A stretch of 64,000 nt of DNA from a virus (IMGVR_UViG_2784746786_000001:9339-73338); one strand, 5' to 3'; shown: positions 45,499 to 56,041, numbered from the stretch's first letter. Notes: generated by a model from the letters alone, not told the origin. Numbers and translations: made by a program.

Positions 45499-48400
45499 AT
45501 GTCAGTTATTAATGAAGCCAGCTATGAAAACTCAATTATAGAATTATTCGAGAATATGGGTTACACATATGCCTATGGCCCAGAAGTGAATACAGACCAC
45601 CATAATCCTTTAAGGGCTGATGAACTTCGTAGCTCAATTGAAAGTATTAATCCCAAACTGCCATCGGTTGCTATTGATGAGGCGATACTAAAGCTTACAT
45701 CCTACGAGGCCGGTTCATTGGTGTCAAAAAACGCTGTGTTCATGGACTACTTGCAGAATGGCATCGAGGTTTCTTATCATCTAAATGGTGAAAGCATAAG
45801 TGCATTGGTGTATCTTGTTGACTTTAATAACGTGAATACAAATAGCTTTGTGGTTGCCAATCAATGGACCTTTGAGGAATATGAAACTAAGCGACCGGAT
45901 ATGGTTATCTTTCTAAATGGTATGCCGGTAGTTGTGATGGAACTTAAATCACCTAAAACTGATTCTGTAACAATCGAGGATGCTTATTTACAGATTAGAA
46001 ACTACATGAAGTCTATCGAGAGTTTCTTTATCTACAACGCATTCTGCGTAATCAGTGATCAATCTCAGACAAGAGCTGGTACAATTACTGCTAGTCTTGA
46101 CCGTTTTATGGAATGGAAAACGGTTGATGGAGATTATGAAGAAACGCGATATGCTGATTTCACAACTTTGATGAAAGGTATGTTTTCAAAGACTCGCTTC
46201 TTGGATATACTTCACAACTTCATTTGTTTTTCAAAAGAAGCAGGTGGAGATGCAAAAATTCTGGCGGCCTATCATCAGTATTTTGCAGTCAAGAAAGCTG
46301 TAGAATCTACCGCAAAAGCAAGTGCAGATGGTGGAGATGGACGAGGCGGTGTGTTCTGGCATACACAAGGCAGCGGAAAGTCACTGTCGATGGTGTTCTA
46401 TGCCAAGTTGCTACAAACTGCTTTGAACAGCCCGACCATCGTGGTTATTACAGATAGAAATGACTTAGATGACCAGTTGTTTTCACAGTTCTCCAAGTGT
46501 AAGGATTTTTTGAGACAGACTCCGGTTCAGGCCGAAAAAAGAAAGCTCTCAGAGGATGAAATCAAAAACGGCTCCAAGGCAATCGGATTGAAGGATTGGC
46601 TGGATGGTCGTGAGGCAAATGGAATCATCTTTACTACCATGCAGAAGTTTGAGGAATCAGATGATGCATTGAATGCAAGAAGAAATATTGTGGTAATGGC
46701 TGATGAGGCCCACCGAAGCCAGTATGGATTTGAGGAAAAGGTTAATGCTAAAACTGGTAAGATTACAATCGGTAATGCAAGAAGAGTACGAGATGCACTT
46801 CCAAATGCTACATATATTGGATTTACTGGAACACCGATCGAATTAGAAGATAGAAATACGCTTGAGGTGTTTGGTAACTATATTGACGTTTATGATATGA
46901 CCCAGGCCGTTGCGGATGGAGCGACCAGACCTATTTACTATGAAAGCCGAGTAATAAAGCTTGGACTTGATCCAAATACATTGCAGAATATTGATGCTCT
47001 TTATGAAAGTCTTAAGGGCCGTGCCAATGAAGTGGATATCGAAAAGAGCAAGCATGACCTGGCAAAGATGGACGGAGTGCTTGGAGCCCCAACGGTTGTG
47101 GATTCTCTTTGTGACGATATTATTAATCACTATGAAACTTACCGACAGTATGAACAAACGGGAAAAGCAATGATTGTAGCTTATTCTCGTCCAATGGCTA
47201 TCAAGATTTATGACAAGATGCTGAAGATGCGTCCAGAATGGAAAAACAAAGTAAAGATAGTCATGACTGGCGGCAATCAGGACCCAGAAGAATGGAAATC
47301 TTTGACTGGTAATAAAGCCTATCGTGAAGGCTTGGCTCGTGAGTTTAAGGATAACAATAGCGAATTCAAAATTGCCATTGTCATTGACATGTGGCTAACC
47401 GGATTTGATGTTCCTTCTATGTCTACAATGTATATCTTTAAGCCTATGAAGGGACATAACCTTATGCAGGCAATTGCTCGTGTAAACCGAGTATTCAAGG
47501 ATAAAGAGGGCGGCTTGATTGTTGATTACATAGGCATAGCATCTGCACTGAAAGCAGCTATGAAACAGTACACGGATCAGGACCGCAAGAACTATGGCAA
47601 TATGGATATCGGGGAAACTGCTTATAAGAAGTTCCAGGAAAAATTGCTCGTGTGCCATGACTTGATGTATGGATTTGATTATTCAGAGTTTATGACGACT
47701 GAAAGTGATTTGAAGAGAGCATCTTTAATCACCGGTGGTGTTAACTTCTTATCAGATCCTAAGATGGAAAGTACAAAGGAGGACTTCATCACTGAAGCGT
47801 ACCTGATGCGTCAATCGTTCTCTCTTTGTAAGAGTATTGCAACAGCAGAAGAAAGACGTGAAGAGGCTTATCTGGAAACAGTACGTTCTGTTTTAGTTAA
47901 GATTGAAAGACCGGGCCCTCTATCACTGAAGGATATCAATGCTCAGATTAACGAACTGCTAAAGCAGAGCGTTCAAAGTGGCGGTGTTGTGAATCTGTTT
48001 ACAGATGTGGATAAAGAGTTCAACCTATTCAATACCGCTTTCATGCAAGAAATTGCTAAAATGCCTGAGAAGAATCTGTCCATTGAACTTTTGAAAAAGC
48101 TGATTGCAGAACAGGTTCGACTTTACAAACGAACAAACGTAGTGAAGTCACAGCAGTTCTCAGAAATGCTGGATAGAATTGTAAAGTCCTACCTTAACGG
48201 TATGCTGACTAATGAGGAAGTCATCGGTGAGTTGATGAAGATGGCTCAGGATATGGCAGCAGCTCATGCTAGTGGAAATGCAATGGGTCTCTCGGATGAG
48301 GAGATTGCATTCTATGATGCGCTGACAAGGCCTGAGGCTGTAAAGGACTTTTATTCCAACGACCAGCTGATTGCAATAACGAGAGAGCTTACCGAACAAC

Positions 48401-48570
48401 TCAGACGTTCACGCACTGTTGACTGGGAAAAGAAAGAATCTGCCAGAGCAGGCATGAGACGAATGATTAAACGGCTTCTTAAAAAATATGATTATCCACC
48501 AGAGGGAATGGAGGATGCTTTACAAACAGTAATCAGCCAGTGCGAGATGTGGACGGATAATGTAAATTGA
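45499..48570 (+). CDS. hsdR: Type I R-M restriction subunit
   Basis: PDMVIFLNGMPVVVMELK, HTQGSGKS, DEAHRSQY, FTGTP and QAIARVNR motifs. Confidence 0.95.
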   Translation: MSVINEASYENSIIELFENMGYTYAYGPEVNTDHHNPLRADELRSSIESINPKLPSVAIDEAILKLTSYEAGSLVSKNAVFMDYLQNGIEVSYHLNGESISALVYLVDFNNVNTNSFVVANQWTFEEYETKRPDMVIFLNGMPVVVMELKSPKTDSVTIEDAYLQIRNYMKSIESFFIYNAFCVISDQSQTRAGTITASLDRFMEWKTVDGDYEETRYADFTTLMKGMFSKTRFLDILHNFICFSKEAGGDAKILAAYHQYFAVKKAVESTAKASADGGDGRGGVFWHTQGSGKSLSMVFYAKLLQTALNSPTIVVITDRNDLDDQLFSQFSKCKDFLRQTPVQAEKRKLSEDEIKNGSKAIGLKDWLDGREANGIIFTTMQKFEESDDALNARRNIVVMADEAHRSQYGFEEKVNAKTGKITIGNARRVRDALPNATYIGFTGTPIELEDRNTLEVFGNYIDVYDMTQAVADGATRPIYYESRVIKLGLDPNTLQNIDALYESLKGRANEVDIEKSKHDLAKMDGVLGAPTVVDSLCDDIINHYETYRQYEQTGKAMIVAYSRPMAIKIYDKMLKMRPEWKNKVKIVMTGGNQDPEEWKSLTGNKAYREGLAREFKDNNSEFKIAIVIDMWLTGFDVPSMSTMYIFKPMKGHNLMQAIARVNRVFKDKEGGLIVDYIGIASALKAAMKQYTDQDRKNYGNMDIGETAYKKFQEKLLVCHDLMYGFDYSEFMTTESDLKRASLITGGVNFLSDPKMESTKEDFITEAYLMRQSFSLCKSIATAEERREEAYLETVRSVLVKIERPGPLSLKDINAQINELLKQSVQSGGVVNLFTDVDKEFNLFNTAFMQEIAKMPEKNLSIELLKKLIAEQVRLYKRTNVVKSQQFSEMLDRIVKSYLNGMLTNEEVIGELMKMAQDMAAAHASGNAMGLSDEEIAFYDALTRPEAVKDFYSNDQLIAITRELTEQLRRSRTVDWEKKESARAGMRRMIKRLLKKYDYPPEGMEDALQTVISQCEMWTDNVN

Positions 48571-48610
48571 AATTGTATATGATACAATACTTTAAGCTGA
48601 AGGTGAAATA

Positions 48611-48895
48611 ATGAGTTTAAGCGTGAAAAAAGATGCGCATGTCATTGATATGGAAACAAGGTCCAAGATTTCTATGAGATATAAAAGAATCACAAAAGCT
48701 ATAGATTCCCATAGTATACCTCCTGGAATAAAGAAGCTTCGTCAAACGTCTCTGATTGACGAACAAGGGATTCTGCAAGAAAACGTTTTACTAAATAGCC
48801 CCTCATATGCAGCATCGTTTGTTATTGGTGGTCATGTCAATGGTCAGATTGAATGGAAGAACAACGATGGTAAAAGTCTAAAAGAAATTGAGTGA
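48611..48895 (+). CDS. DUF4357 domain protein
   Basis: SPSYAASFVIGGHVNGQIEWKNNDGKSLKEIE. Confidence 0.7.
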   Translation: MSLSVKKDAHVIDMETRSKISMRYKRITKAIDSHSIPPGIKKLRQTSLIDEQGILQENVLLNSPSYAASFVIGGHVNGQIEWKNNDGKSLKEIE

Positions 48896-48915
48896 TAGGA
48901 TTAGGAGAATGCTTT

Positions 48916-49508
48916 ATGGCAGATGTATATAAATTTAAAGTAAAGCTACGAGAATTAGAAAATGTTATATGGCGTGACATTGAAATCACTTCTGTTTCCA
49001 GTGTTGCCAAGCTTGGATATGCAATATTGGCATCATTTGAAAGTACAGCAAGTCATTTATTTAATATACGATTTGCTGGCAAACGTTATGAAATCGTATT
49101 TGAAGATAATGTTTTTTTGATGAGCCAGTTGTCGATCCAATAAGGACTAAGCTCTCCACTTTAAAACTTAGTATTGGAGATAAGTTAAGTATGGAATACG
49201 ACTATGGTGCAGGTTGGGGATTTGAGATAGAATTGTTATCAATGTCTGAAATGAAGCGTGGAGCAGGAACACATTATCCTTATGTTACTGACGGAAACGG
49301 TAGAGGAATCATTGAGGATATCTCGCCGTATGAACTTGCTGAAATAGTCACAAAAACAGATATGAACGGCATATTGCCGCAGATTATGGATATGTATGCT
49401 AATCGGGAGATATCATGGGATTACCGGAAACTTGACTTAAAATACTGCAATGCCTTTTTAAAAAATGATGTTTGGAAAATCCAAAATGCTTATGAGGTAT
49501 GCGAATAA
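48916..49508 (+). pseudogene. pRiA4b Orf3-family protein, frameshifted at a T7 run
   Basis: IWRDIEI..HLFNI in one frame and YDYGAGWGFEIEL in the next; shift at 49112-49118. Confidence 0.7.
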
Positions 49509-49541
49509 AAGTAATGCAGTTAGGTAAAGGCGGAGAGTCGT

Positions 49542-50343
49542 ATGGACAATCACGGCGAAATGTTGATTTATCAGACATAAGATGGTCTGACCAAAATAGA
49601 TGTATCATTTGAAAACGATACTGTGTGGCTTTCAAAAAATCAGATGGTCGAACTGTTTCAAAGAGACAGAAGCGTTATTTCAAAACATATAAAAATGTTT
49701 TTGAAGAAGGCGAATTAGTATAAGAAAGCAACGTGCAAAATTTGAACGTTGCTAATTCTGACAAGCCTGTTGATTTTTATAGCCTTGATGTTATCATTTC
49801 CGTTGGCTATCGTGTGAAATCACAGCGTGGTGGCGGATACTTCAAGGAGCTGCTGGAAAGAATCCGTGACATTCGTGCATCAGAGAAAGTATCCTATCAT
49901 CAGGTGCTGGAAATCTATGCGACCAGCATTGATTACAATCCCAAAGCAGAGGTTATCGCAGAAAATGACTTCATGGGACTGATGACATTTTCCGGCGACC
50001 AGCCGACCTTGCGAGAAGCGAAAGTTGCGAAAAACTATCTGGATGAGAAAGAACTGCGAGCGATGGGACAGCTCGTATCCCCGGATGCCTTGGTTTGGCA
50101 GAGAGACAGGCTGAGCGTGAAATCAAGATGACCATGGAGGATTGGTCGAAGCATCTGGATGGAATTTTAACATCTACCGGTGAAAATCTTCTGATTGGAA
50201 ACGGCACGATTAGTCACAATCAGTCTATGGATAAAGTGCAGACAGAATACAAGAAATACAAAGCAAAAACACTTAGCAGTGTAGAGCAAGACTATCTTGA
50301 TAGCATAAAACAGCTGGAGAAAAAGGCAAGTGGTAGAAGATAA
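49542..50343 (+). pseudogene. rhuM: RhuM-family gene, decayed
   Basis: In-frame stops, frameshifts and deletions, but retains DVIISVGYRVKSQRG, YFKELLERIRDIRASE and VAKNYL. Confidence 0.8.
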
Positions 50344-50358
50344 AGAAGGTGATTTTTA

Positions 50359-51378
50359 GTGGTTGAAAAAAATAACAAGCTTCAAATCCGTAATAGTACT
50401 GTGGATTTCCTTGTGTTCACTATGGATGCGAAGGAAGACGGAATAGAAGTACGTGTACAGGATAATGATGTGTGGCTGACCCAAAAAGCAATTGGACAGC
50501 TTTTTAATGTGGATAGAAGTGTTGCAACAAAGCATTTAAAAAATATTTTTGACAGTGGGGAACTTGACGAAAATACAACTTGTGCAAATTTTGCACAAGT
50601 TGCTGATAACGGCAAGACCTATCAATATAAATTCTATGCCCTGTCTGCGATTATTGCAGTAGGCTACCGTATTAATTCCGGTAGAGCTACGCAGTTTAGA
50701 CAATGGGCAACGAAGGTGCTGGACACCTTTGCGAAACAGGGGTATGTACTGGATAAAAGCAGGCTTATCAATGGGCAAATATTTGATGAAGATTACTTCG
50801 ACCATTTAGTTTCTGAAATACAGGAAATCCGAGCCAGTGAGCGTCGCTTCTATCAGAAGATTACGGACATCTATGCTACTGCAGTCGATTATTCATTAGA
50901 TAGCCAAACCACAAAGAATTTTTTCGCAACAGTACAGAATAAGATGCATTATGCTGTACACGGCAATACGGCTGCTGAGTTAATTGTGACAAGGGCAGAC
51001 CACACGAAAGAGCATATGGGGCTTACCACGTGGCGAAATGCACCTGATGGCAAGATTGTAAAAGCGGATGTGTCCATAGCTAAAAATTATCTGGCGGTTA
51101 ATGAAATGGCGGAGTTGAATGAAATCGTTACTATGTATCTAGACTATGCCACCAGGCAAGCCCGAAGACATATACCGATGACAATGATTGACTGGTCATC
51201 AAAATTAGATGCATTTTTGCAGTTCAATGATGCTGAAATATTGCAAGACAAAGGCAAGGTAACGGCAGCAATTGCGAAATCCTTTGCTGAAAGTGAATTT
51301 GAACAATACAGAGTGATTCAGGATGGTCTGTATCAGAGCGACTTTGACCGTCTTATCGCAAACCTGGAAAAAGAATAA
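50359..51378 (+). CDS. rhuM: RhuM-family protein, intact
   Basis: WLTQKAIGQLF, AVGYRINS.RATQFRQWA, IRASERRFYQKITDIYA and IAKNYL motifs. Confidence 0.88.
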   Translation: MVEKNNKLQIRNSTVDFLVFTMDAKEDGIEVRVQDNDVWLTQKAIGQLFNVDRSVATKHLKNIFDSGELDENTTCANFAQVADNGKTYQYKFYALSAIIAVGYRINSGRATQFRQWATKVLDTFAKQGYVLDKSRLINGQIFDEDYFDHLVSEIQEIRASERRFYQKITDIYATAVDYSLDSQTTKNFFATVQNKMHYAVHGNTAAELIVTRADHTKEHMGLTTWRNAPDGKIVKADVSIAKNYLAVNEMAELNEIVTMYLDYATRQARRHIPMTMIDWSSKLDAFLQFNDAEILQDKGKVTAAIAKSFAESEFEQYRVIQDGLYQSDFDRLIANLEKE

Positions 51379-51439
51379 TGTAACGATTACGGTAAGCATA
51401 TTCCCAGCCTAAAATCGGGGTTAGCTGTCCATTCAACCA

Positions 51440-51810
51440 GCTCGAGACGTTAGCCGTGGACATGTTTTTACAAACGGAAAAAGGAAAATCCTTGTATGGG
51501 CGATGAAGCCAGCAATATAGCGGCTTTTGGTCGGTGCATAATATTCTCAGCAGGGTGGAGTAGAAATGTTCCCTAAGACATTGACGGCTGTAGACATGTC
51601 TCCTTGGACAGACTTTTGCAAGCGCATAGAAATAGACGTCTCGAGCCACGTCGAGGCTGTAGCGTTGATACAACGCCGTACTATGTAGAAATCCTTAATT
51701 TCCGCTACTTCTACCGCCATTGCATCTTTGTAAAAAAGGATGGTTTTGAGCGCAAAAAGGTAGTTAAGGACTACATCAATGTCTCGGTAGTTATCAACCT
51801 AGTATGAGTA
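51440..51810. other. Cluster of degenerate att-like scars
   Basis: Repeated GTRGAMATGT motifs (reading VDMF, VEMFPKT, VDMSPWT) and SHVEAVAL, resembling the rlmD/rumA 3' end. Confidence 0.3.
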
Positions 51811-51880
51811 GACACAAGAAATTGCTTATTTCGTCAGTCAAGAGAATTTGATTCTACAATAAAATAATGAGTTTATTATT

Positions 51881-51913
51881 AGACGTTCAATATTCGTATT
51901 GGGCGTCTTTTTT
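51881..51913 (+). terminator. Terminator-like hairpin
   Basis: AGACGTTCAATA-TTCG-TATTGGGCGTCT followed by a T-tract. Confidence 0.65.
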
Positions 51914-51936
51914 ATTTGCCAAAGGAGGAAACAGAA

Positions 51937-52371
51937 ATGTTAAGGAAAGGCATGATTGAACGATTTAGAAAGGCTGCTCCAATAATCAGGGAGTTGGTTG
52001 ATGACTTGGCATGGATTCAGAATGAATTCAATCCAGAGAATGCAACAGAAGAAGAACGTACCTATGTGAAGCATTTACTGAGCTTGGGCAGCAATTGCTT
52101 TGATGAAAGCGACTGGCGTTTTAAACGGATGTTTGCAGCCATAGGAAGGAAAGGACGCTTAATCAGGAATTCAGTTGGTAGATTTGAAATGGAAGGCACA
52201 GATATTGAATTCACGTGTGGAAGTGGCTGTGAGGTTTATGCACCGTATTTCTCAGATGAAGAAGAATGGATGACCTGGCTTCCGACGTCCATTGAATATA
52301 GTGGAGATTATTATTTTACGGCACGTCCGGATATGAAGCTGGAGGGTGCCTTAGTAAGGATCAAAGGTTGA
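51937..52371 (+). CDS. DUF5348-like protein
   Basis: AAGGAGG RBS; GRLIRNSVGRFE...FTCGSGCEV...IEYSGDYY..LEG. Confidence 0.6.
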   Translation: MLRKGMIERFRKAAPIIRELVDDLAWIQNEFNPENATEEERTYVKHLLSLGSNCFDESDWRFKRMFAAIGRKGRLIRNSVGRFEMEGTDIEFTCGSGCEVYAPYFSDEEEWMTWLPTSIEYSGDYYFTARPDMKLEGALVRIKG

Positions 52372-52525
52372 TGAAAAATTGGGTATGAAAAAAGCACTAT
52401 CAGTTAGCCGCTGATAGTGCTTGACGTGAAAATTTGCTACAAACAAAATTCTTTCCTTAAAATTTATTATAGCAGATTTTCGCTTGATTTGTATAGAAAA
52501 GTTAAGCGAAAGGACTTGAAAATTT

Positions 52526-53275
52526 ATGAAAACATTTTCGTTCATCAATAAAAAAGGCGGCGTTGGCAAAACAACGATTACTGTTAATATGGCATATGCC
52601 ATTGCAGAAAGCTGTGATTTAAGAGTATTGGTCATAGACAATGACGATCAGGGGAATGATTCACAGTTCTTTGATGCAGATCCAGAAAAATCATTAGCAG
52701 ATATCCTGCTAGGTAAGGCAGAGATTCAGGATGTTATCCAGCCTACGCGCTATTCGAACATTGACATTGTTGCCAGCGGTGCTGCTTTACTAGATGCCAA
52801 TGTGGCCGTCATAAAAGATGAGGAGATTGTGCAACAGACTATTTTAAAAGAATCCTTGGAAAAGGTTGCTGCAAATTATGATGTATGTCTTATCGATAAT
52901 CCTCCGACAATTAATGCCTCCGTTATCAATGCCTTGGTAGCCAGTGATGAAGTCATTATTGTGACAACACCGGATATTTATGGCATTCGCGGCGTTTCAC
53001 AGATGACTGACTATATAGAAGCAATTAAGGAATATAATCCTAAACTGCGGTTTCGTGGTTGCCTTCTCAACAAATTCTCCTCTACTCCGCATGGGTTCCG
53101 TTGTATTGAGCTATTAGGGAGTCAATTTCCCTTATTTAAAACGAGAATTCGGTACACAAAAGATAAGCTGGAAGCATCAGCAGAAGAAAGAAAATCTATT
53201 TTCGAGTATTCACCTAATTGTGGTTTTGCACGGGATCTTGTGCAATTTTTTAAAGAACTTTTAGCGGGGGAATGA
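52526..53275 (+). CDS. parA: ParA/Soj partition ATPase
   Basis: Deviant Walker A KKGGVGKTT; VIDND.QG; IDNPP. Confidence 0.92.
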   Translation: MKTFSFINKKGGVGKTTITVNMAYAIAESCDLRVLVIDNDDQGNDSQFFDADPEKSLADILLGKAEIQDVIQPTRYSNIDIVASGAALLDANVAVIKDEEIVQQTILKESLEKVAANYDVCLIDNPPTINASVINALVASDEVIIVTTPDIYGIRGVSQMTDYIEAIKEYNPKLRFRGCLLNKFSSTPHGFRCIELLGSQFPLFKTRIRYTKDKLEASAEERKSIFEYSPNCGFARDLVQFFKELLAGE

Positions 53276-53278
53276 AAC

Positions 53279-54496
53279 ATGAAAAAACAGTCAGTAAGCT
53301 TAATTGCAAAGCTTTTAAATAAAAATTCTCAGCCAGGACAGGGCAGCAGTAATGACCTTAAGACTACAGAAGAAATCATTATGAGAGACGTTCATGAATT
53401 GGTGCCAAATCCTAAGAATGAAAAGTACAGTTTAGATAATATTGAAGAACTGGCGATGATGATCCAGCTTACTCATAATATCGAGCCAATTATTTTAAAG
53501 ACGATGGAGGATGGCCGATTGATGATTACCAGCGGCCATCGTCGCCGCTTGGCACAGCTTTATCGCTTAGAAAATGGAATGACGGATATCCCTATGGTTC
53601 CGACCATTACACGGGAAATTATCAATGATTTTGAGGATGCCATAACAGATGATGAAATGGAAACGTTGAATATCGTGTTTCCGAATAAAGGGCAGCGCAG
53701 AAATCTGACACCTTCGCAGGAAACGGATGAAATTGCATTGATTAAGCCCATTATCAAGAAACTTTATGATTATCAGAAAGCGGCTGGAAATATTGATGGT
53801 AAGTTTCGGCCTTATTTTGCCAATATTCTTGGCATTTCGGAGACTTCCTTGCAGCGTAAAGAAGCGATTCGGAAGGTTTCAGAGGAAGTTAAGGTGGAGA
53901 TTGATTCAGGAAATATTACAGCCACGGCTGCAGCAGAACTCGCAAGCATGGATAAAGAAGAACAAAATTTAGTAATTGAGGCAATTAAGGATCGGGGCGA
54001 AGAAGTTACGGTACAGGCGGTAAAAGAGGAAAAGAAAAAAATCGTTGTGCCTAAAAATGACCCTATTCCTGTTGTAAAAGAGAGTCCGACAGAATGTGAA
54101 TTAGAGGATGAGGGTCAGACAAAATTGTTCGACCAAACGCGAAAAAATAATACAGATAAAAATATAAGCAATGACGGTGTTAATTCTACTGATGAGGTTG
54201 TACCACCTGTGCAAAAGCAAGAAGCGACAGATCAAGATACTGCCGCGAAAATGTGGTTTCAGAAAGAAATCGTTGAAAAATTAAAAGACGCTGAGCAACG
54301 GCTTTCCGTAGAAACTGCTGATAAAACAGAAAAAGAGTGTCAGGAGTGGCAGGCACGTGTCAAGGTTATAAAAGATGTCTTGGCTTATTTAGATGAATCT
54401 CATTGCCAGGAACGATGCAAAGAATGTTGTGATGATTGTGATCGGCCCTGTGAGCATTCGAAAAACTTTCAAGTCGCAAATACCATGAATAATTAA
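53279..54496 (+). CDS. parB: ParB-like partition protein with long acidic C-terminus
   Basis: PNPKN..Y..IEELA..I; ITSGHRRRLA; downstream HTH-like segment. Confidence 0.8.
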   Translation: MKKQSVSLIAKLLNKNSQPGQGSSNDLKTTEEIIMRDVHELVPNPKNEKYSLDNIEELAMMIQLTHNIEPIILKTMEDGRLMITSGHRRRLAQLYRLENGMTDIPMVPTITREIINDFEDAITDDEMETLNIVFPNKGQRRNLTPSQETDEIALIKPIIKKLYDYQKAAGNIDGKFRPYFANILGISETSLQRKEAIRKVSEEVKVEIDSGNITATAAAELASMDKEEQNLVIEAIKDRGEEVTVQAVKEEKKKIVVPKNDPIPVVKESPTECELEDEGQTKLFDQTRKNNTDKNISNDGVNSTDEVVPPVQKQEATDQDTAAKMWFQKEIVEKLKDAEQRLSVETADKTEKECQEWQARVKVIKDVLAYLDESHCQERCKECCDDCDRPCEHSKNFQVANTMNN

Positions 54497-54523
54497 TGAT
54501 CTGCAGTTGGGAGAGAGAAGAAA

Positions 54524-55645
54524 ATGAGTAAATTATTGATCAATGAGGTTCCTTTGATGTGCCTGCCCAGCCTTGCAGTAAAAATCGGCTTGAATGAAGC
54601 GCTTTTTATACAGCAACTGCATTATTGGGTGGACCGCAGTAAAAATATTATCGATGGTCGGCAATGGGTGTATAACACCATGGCGGACTGGTTAAAGCAA
54701 TTTCCGTTTTGGTCGCAGAAGACCTTATCGCGGACGATTTCCAACTTAGAAAAGCAAAAACTGGTTATTTCCGGCAACTACAATCAAAAAGGCTATGATC
54801 GCACAAAGTGGTACACGATTGATTATCTTGAGTTGGAACGGCTAGAAAAGGAGGCGCCGGAAACGGAAAATCATGAAGAGTCAGAGCCAGATGTATCAGG
54901 AGAAAATGATGCTGCCGTTAGTGACCAGTCCATAGGGACAAAATGTCCACATGAGGAAAATCGAGGGCTCACGGATACTGTGGGAGATGCTTCCGTTGGT
55001 GACCAATCCATAGGGACAAATTGTCCTTATGAGGTAATTCAAGGCTTGCCGGGTCCTTTGGCGGAGAATACCCAAAATGACCGTTTCATAGGGACAAGTT
55101 GTCCAAATCCATCCGGTCATTTTGTCCCTATGGAATCGGACAATCTGTCCTCACCAATACCAGAGAATAACAACAGAGAATTCTCAGAAAAAACAACAAC
55201 AAACAGGAATGAGGAAACTGTTGTTGGAGATATGGTTAACATAAAAGATTCACTGGAACGCTTGCTTTTTGTAATGCCAAGCTATGGTATTACGCTTGCT
55301 ACCGCAAAGAAATTTATTGCTGAATACGGTCTTGAGGCAGTTGAACAGCAATGGGAACTTTTGAAAAAGGCATTGCAAAAAGGGAAGATAAATAATCCTG
55401 CAGGTTGGCTGCATATGGCGTTGCGGGAAGGATATGTTGATGCTCCAGCTGCGTTTAAACAGCTTCAGGAGGAAAAGAAAGCTGCTATGCGAGAAAAAAT
55501 GGCGGAGATAGAACGGCAACAAATAGCTGCTCTGGAACGAGAAGCAGAAGAGGAAGCCAATCAATTTGAAATTCCTGGAAATAGTCCATTTCACGCTTTT
55601 CTTGCAAAATATAAAAAAGAGCAGGATGAAAAGAGTCCGGTGTGA
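54524..55645 (+). CDS. Replication initiator (wHTH N-terminus) with internal iterons
   Basis: LAVKIGLNEALFIQQLHYW..WVYNT..WS..T..R...YDRTKWYTIDY; C-terminal NPAGWL. Confidence 0.8.
   Translation: MSKLLINEVPLMCLPSLAVKIGLNEALFIQQLHYWVDRSKNIIDGRQWVYNTMADWLKQFPFWSQKTLSRTISNLEKQKLVISGNYNQKGYDRTKWYTIDYLELERLEKEAPETENHEESEPDVSGENDAAVSDQSIGTKCPHEENRGLTDTVGDASVGDQSIGTNCPYEVIQGLPGPLAENTQNDRFIGTSCPNPSGHFVPMESDNLSSPIPENNNREFSEKTTTNRNEETVVGDMVNIKDSLERLLFVMPSYGITLATAKKFIAEYGLEAVEQQWELLKKALQKGKINNPAGWLHMALREGYVDAPAAFKQLQEEKKAAMREKMAEIERQQIAALEREAEEEANQFEIPGNSPFHAFLAKYKKEQDEKSPV
54923..55134 (+). repeat. Iteron array inside the rep gene
   Basis: GACCRDTYCATAGGGACAADWTGTCC-type copies at 54923, 55001 and 55079 (78-bp period), plus an inverted copy TTTGTCCCTATGGA at 55121. 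Confidence 0.85.
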
Positions 55646-55660
55646 ATGTCTGGAAGTTAA

Positions 55661-55679
55661 GGTGTCCATTATGGACACC
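55661..55679. repeat. 19-bp palindrome, copy 1 (parS candidate)
   Basis: GGTGTCCAT-T-ATGGACACC, perfect 9-1-9. Confidence 0.7.
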
Positions 55680-55782
55680 TTGACTGACTGTAGGCAAATT
55701 TAATCTTGGGGTAGGTGGGGCGCATTGTCGTATAAAAACGACCGATTTTGCCCCTGCTTCTTAGGATACGTCGATTCGTTTG

Positions 55783-55801
55783 GGGGTCCATAATGGACAC
55801 C
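55783..55801. repeat. 19-bp palindrome, copy 2
   Basis: GGGGTCCATAATGGACACC. Confidence 0.7.
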
Positions 55802-55864
55802 CGATTCGGCTTGTAATAATTTTTTATGGGGAAAATCAATGTGCTGGTCAAGGATGTGGTTTGA

Positions 55865-56041
55865 ATGAGGGTGGAGTTTATTGAAAATGGGAGAAGAATT
55901 ATATCGACCAATCGCGGTGTATTCAAGGATAATGAGCTCATTTGGTATGATAATGCCTATGTTTTGAGTTTGAAATTTGATGAGGAAAAGGTCGAAATTG
56001 TGATAAAAAAGATACCAAAAGCAGGAGGTGAAGTGCGATGA
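55865..56041 (+). CDS. Small hypothetical protein
   Basis: Manual ORF MRVEFIENGRRIISTNRG...GGEVR; overlaps the next ATG. Confidence 0.4.
   Translation: MRVEFIENGRRIISTNRGVFKDNELIWYDNAYVLSLKFDEEKVEIVIKKIPKAGGEVR

Noticed and set aside
54923-55104. 26-bp repeats with 52-bp intervals as a CRISPR array
   Set aside because: They lie in frame inside the rep CDS, are degenerate and have an inverted copy; they fit iterons better.
55715-55735. GGGCGCA as a MOBQ-type oriT nick site
   Set aside because: Only 7 nt match, flanks differ, and there is no relaxase in the window.
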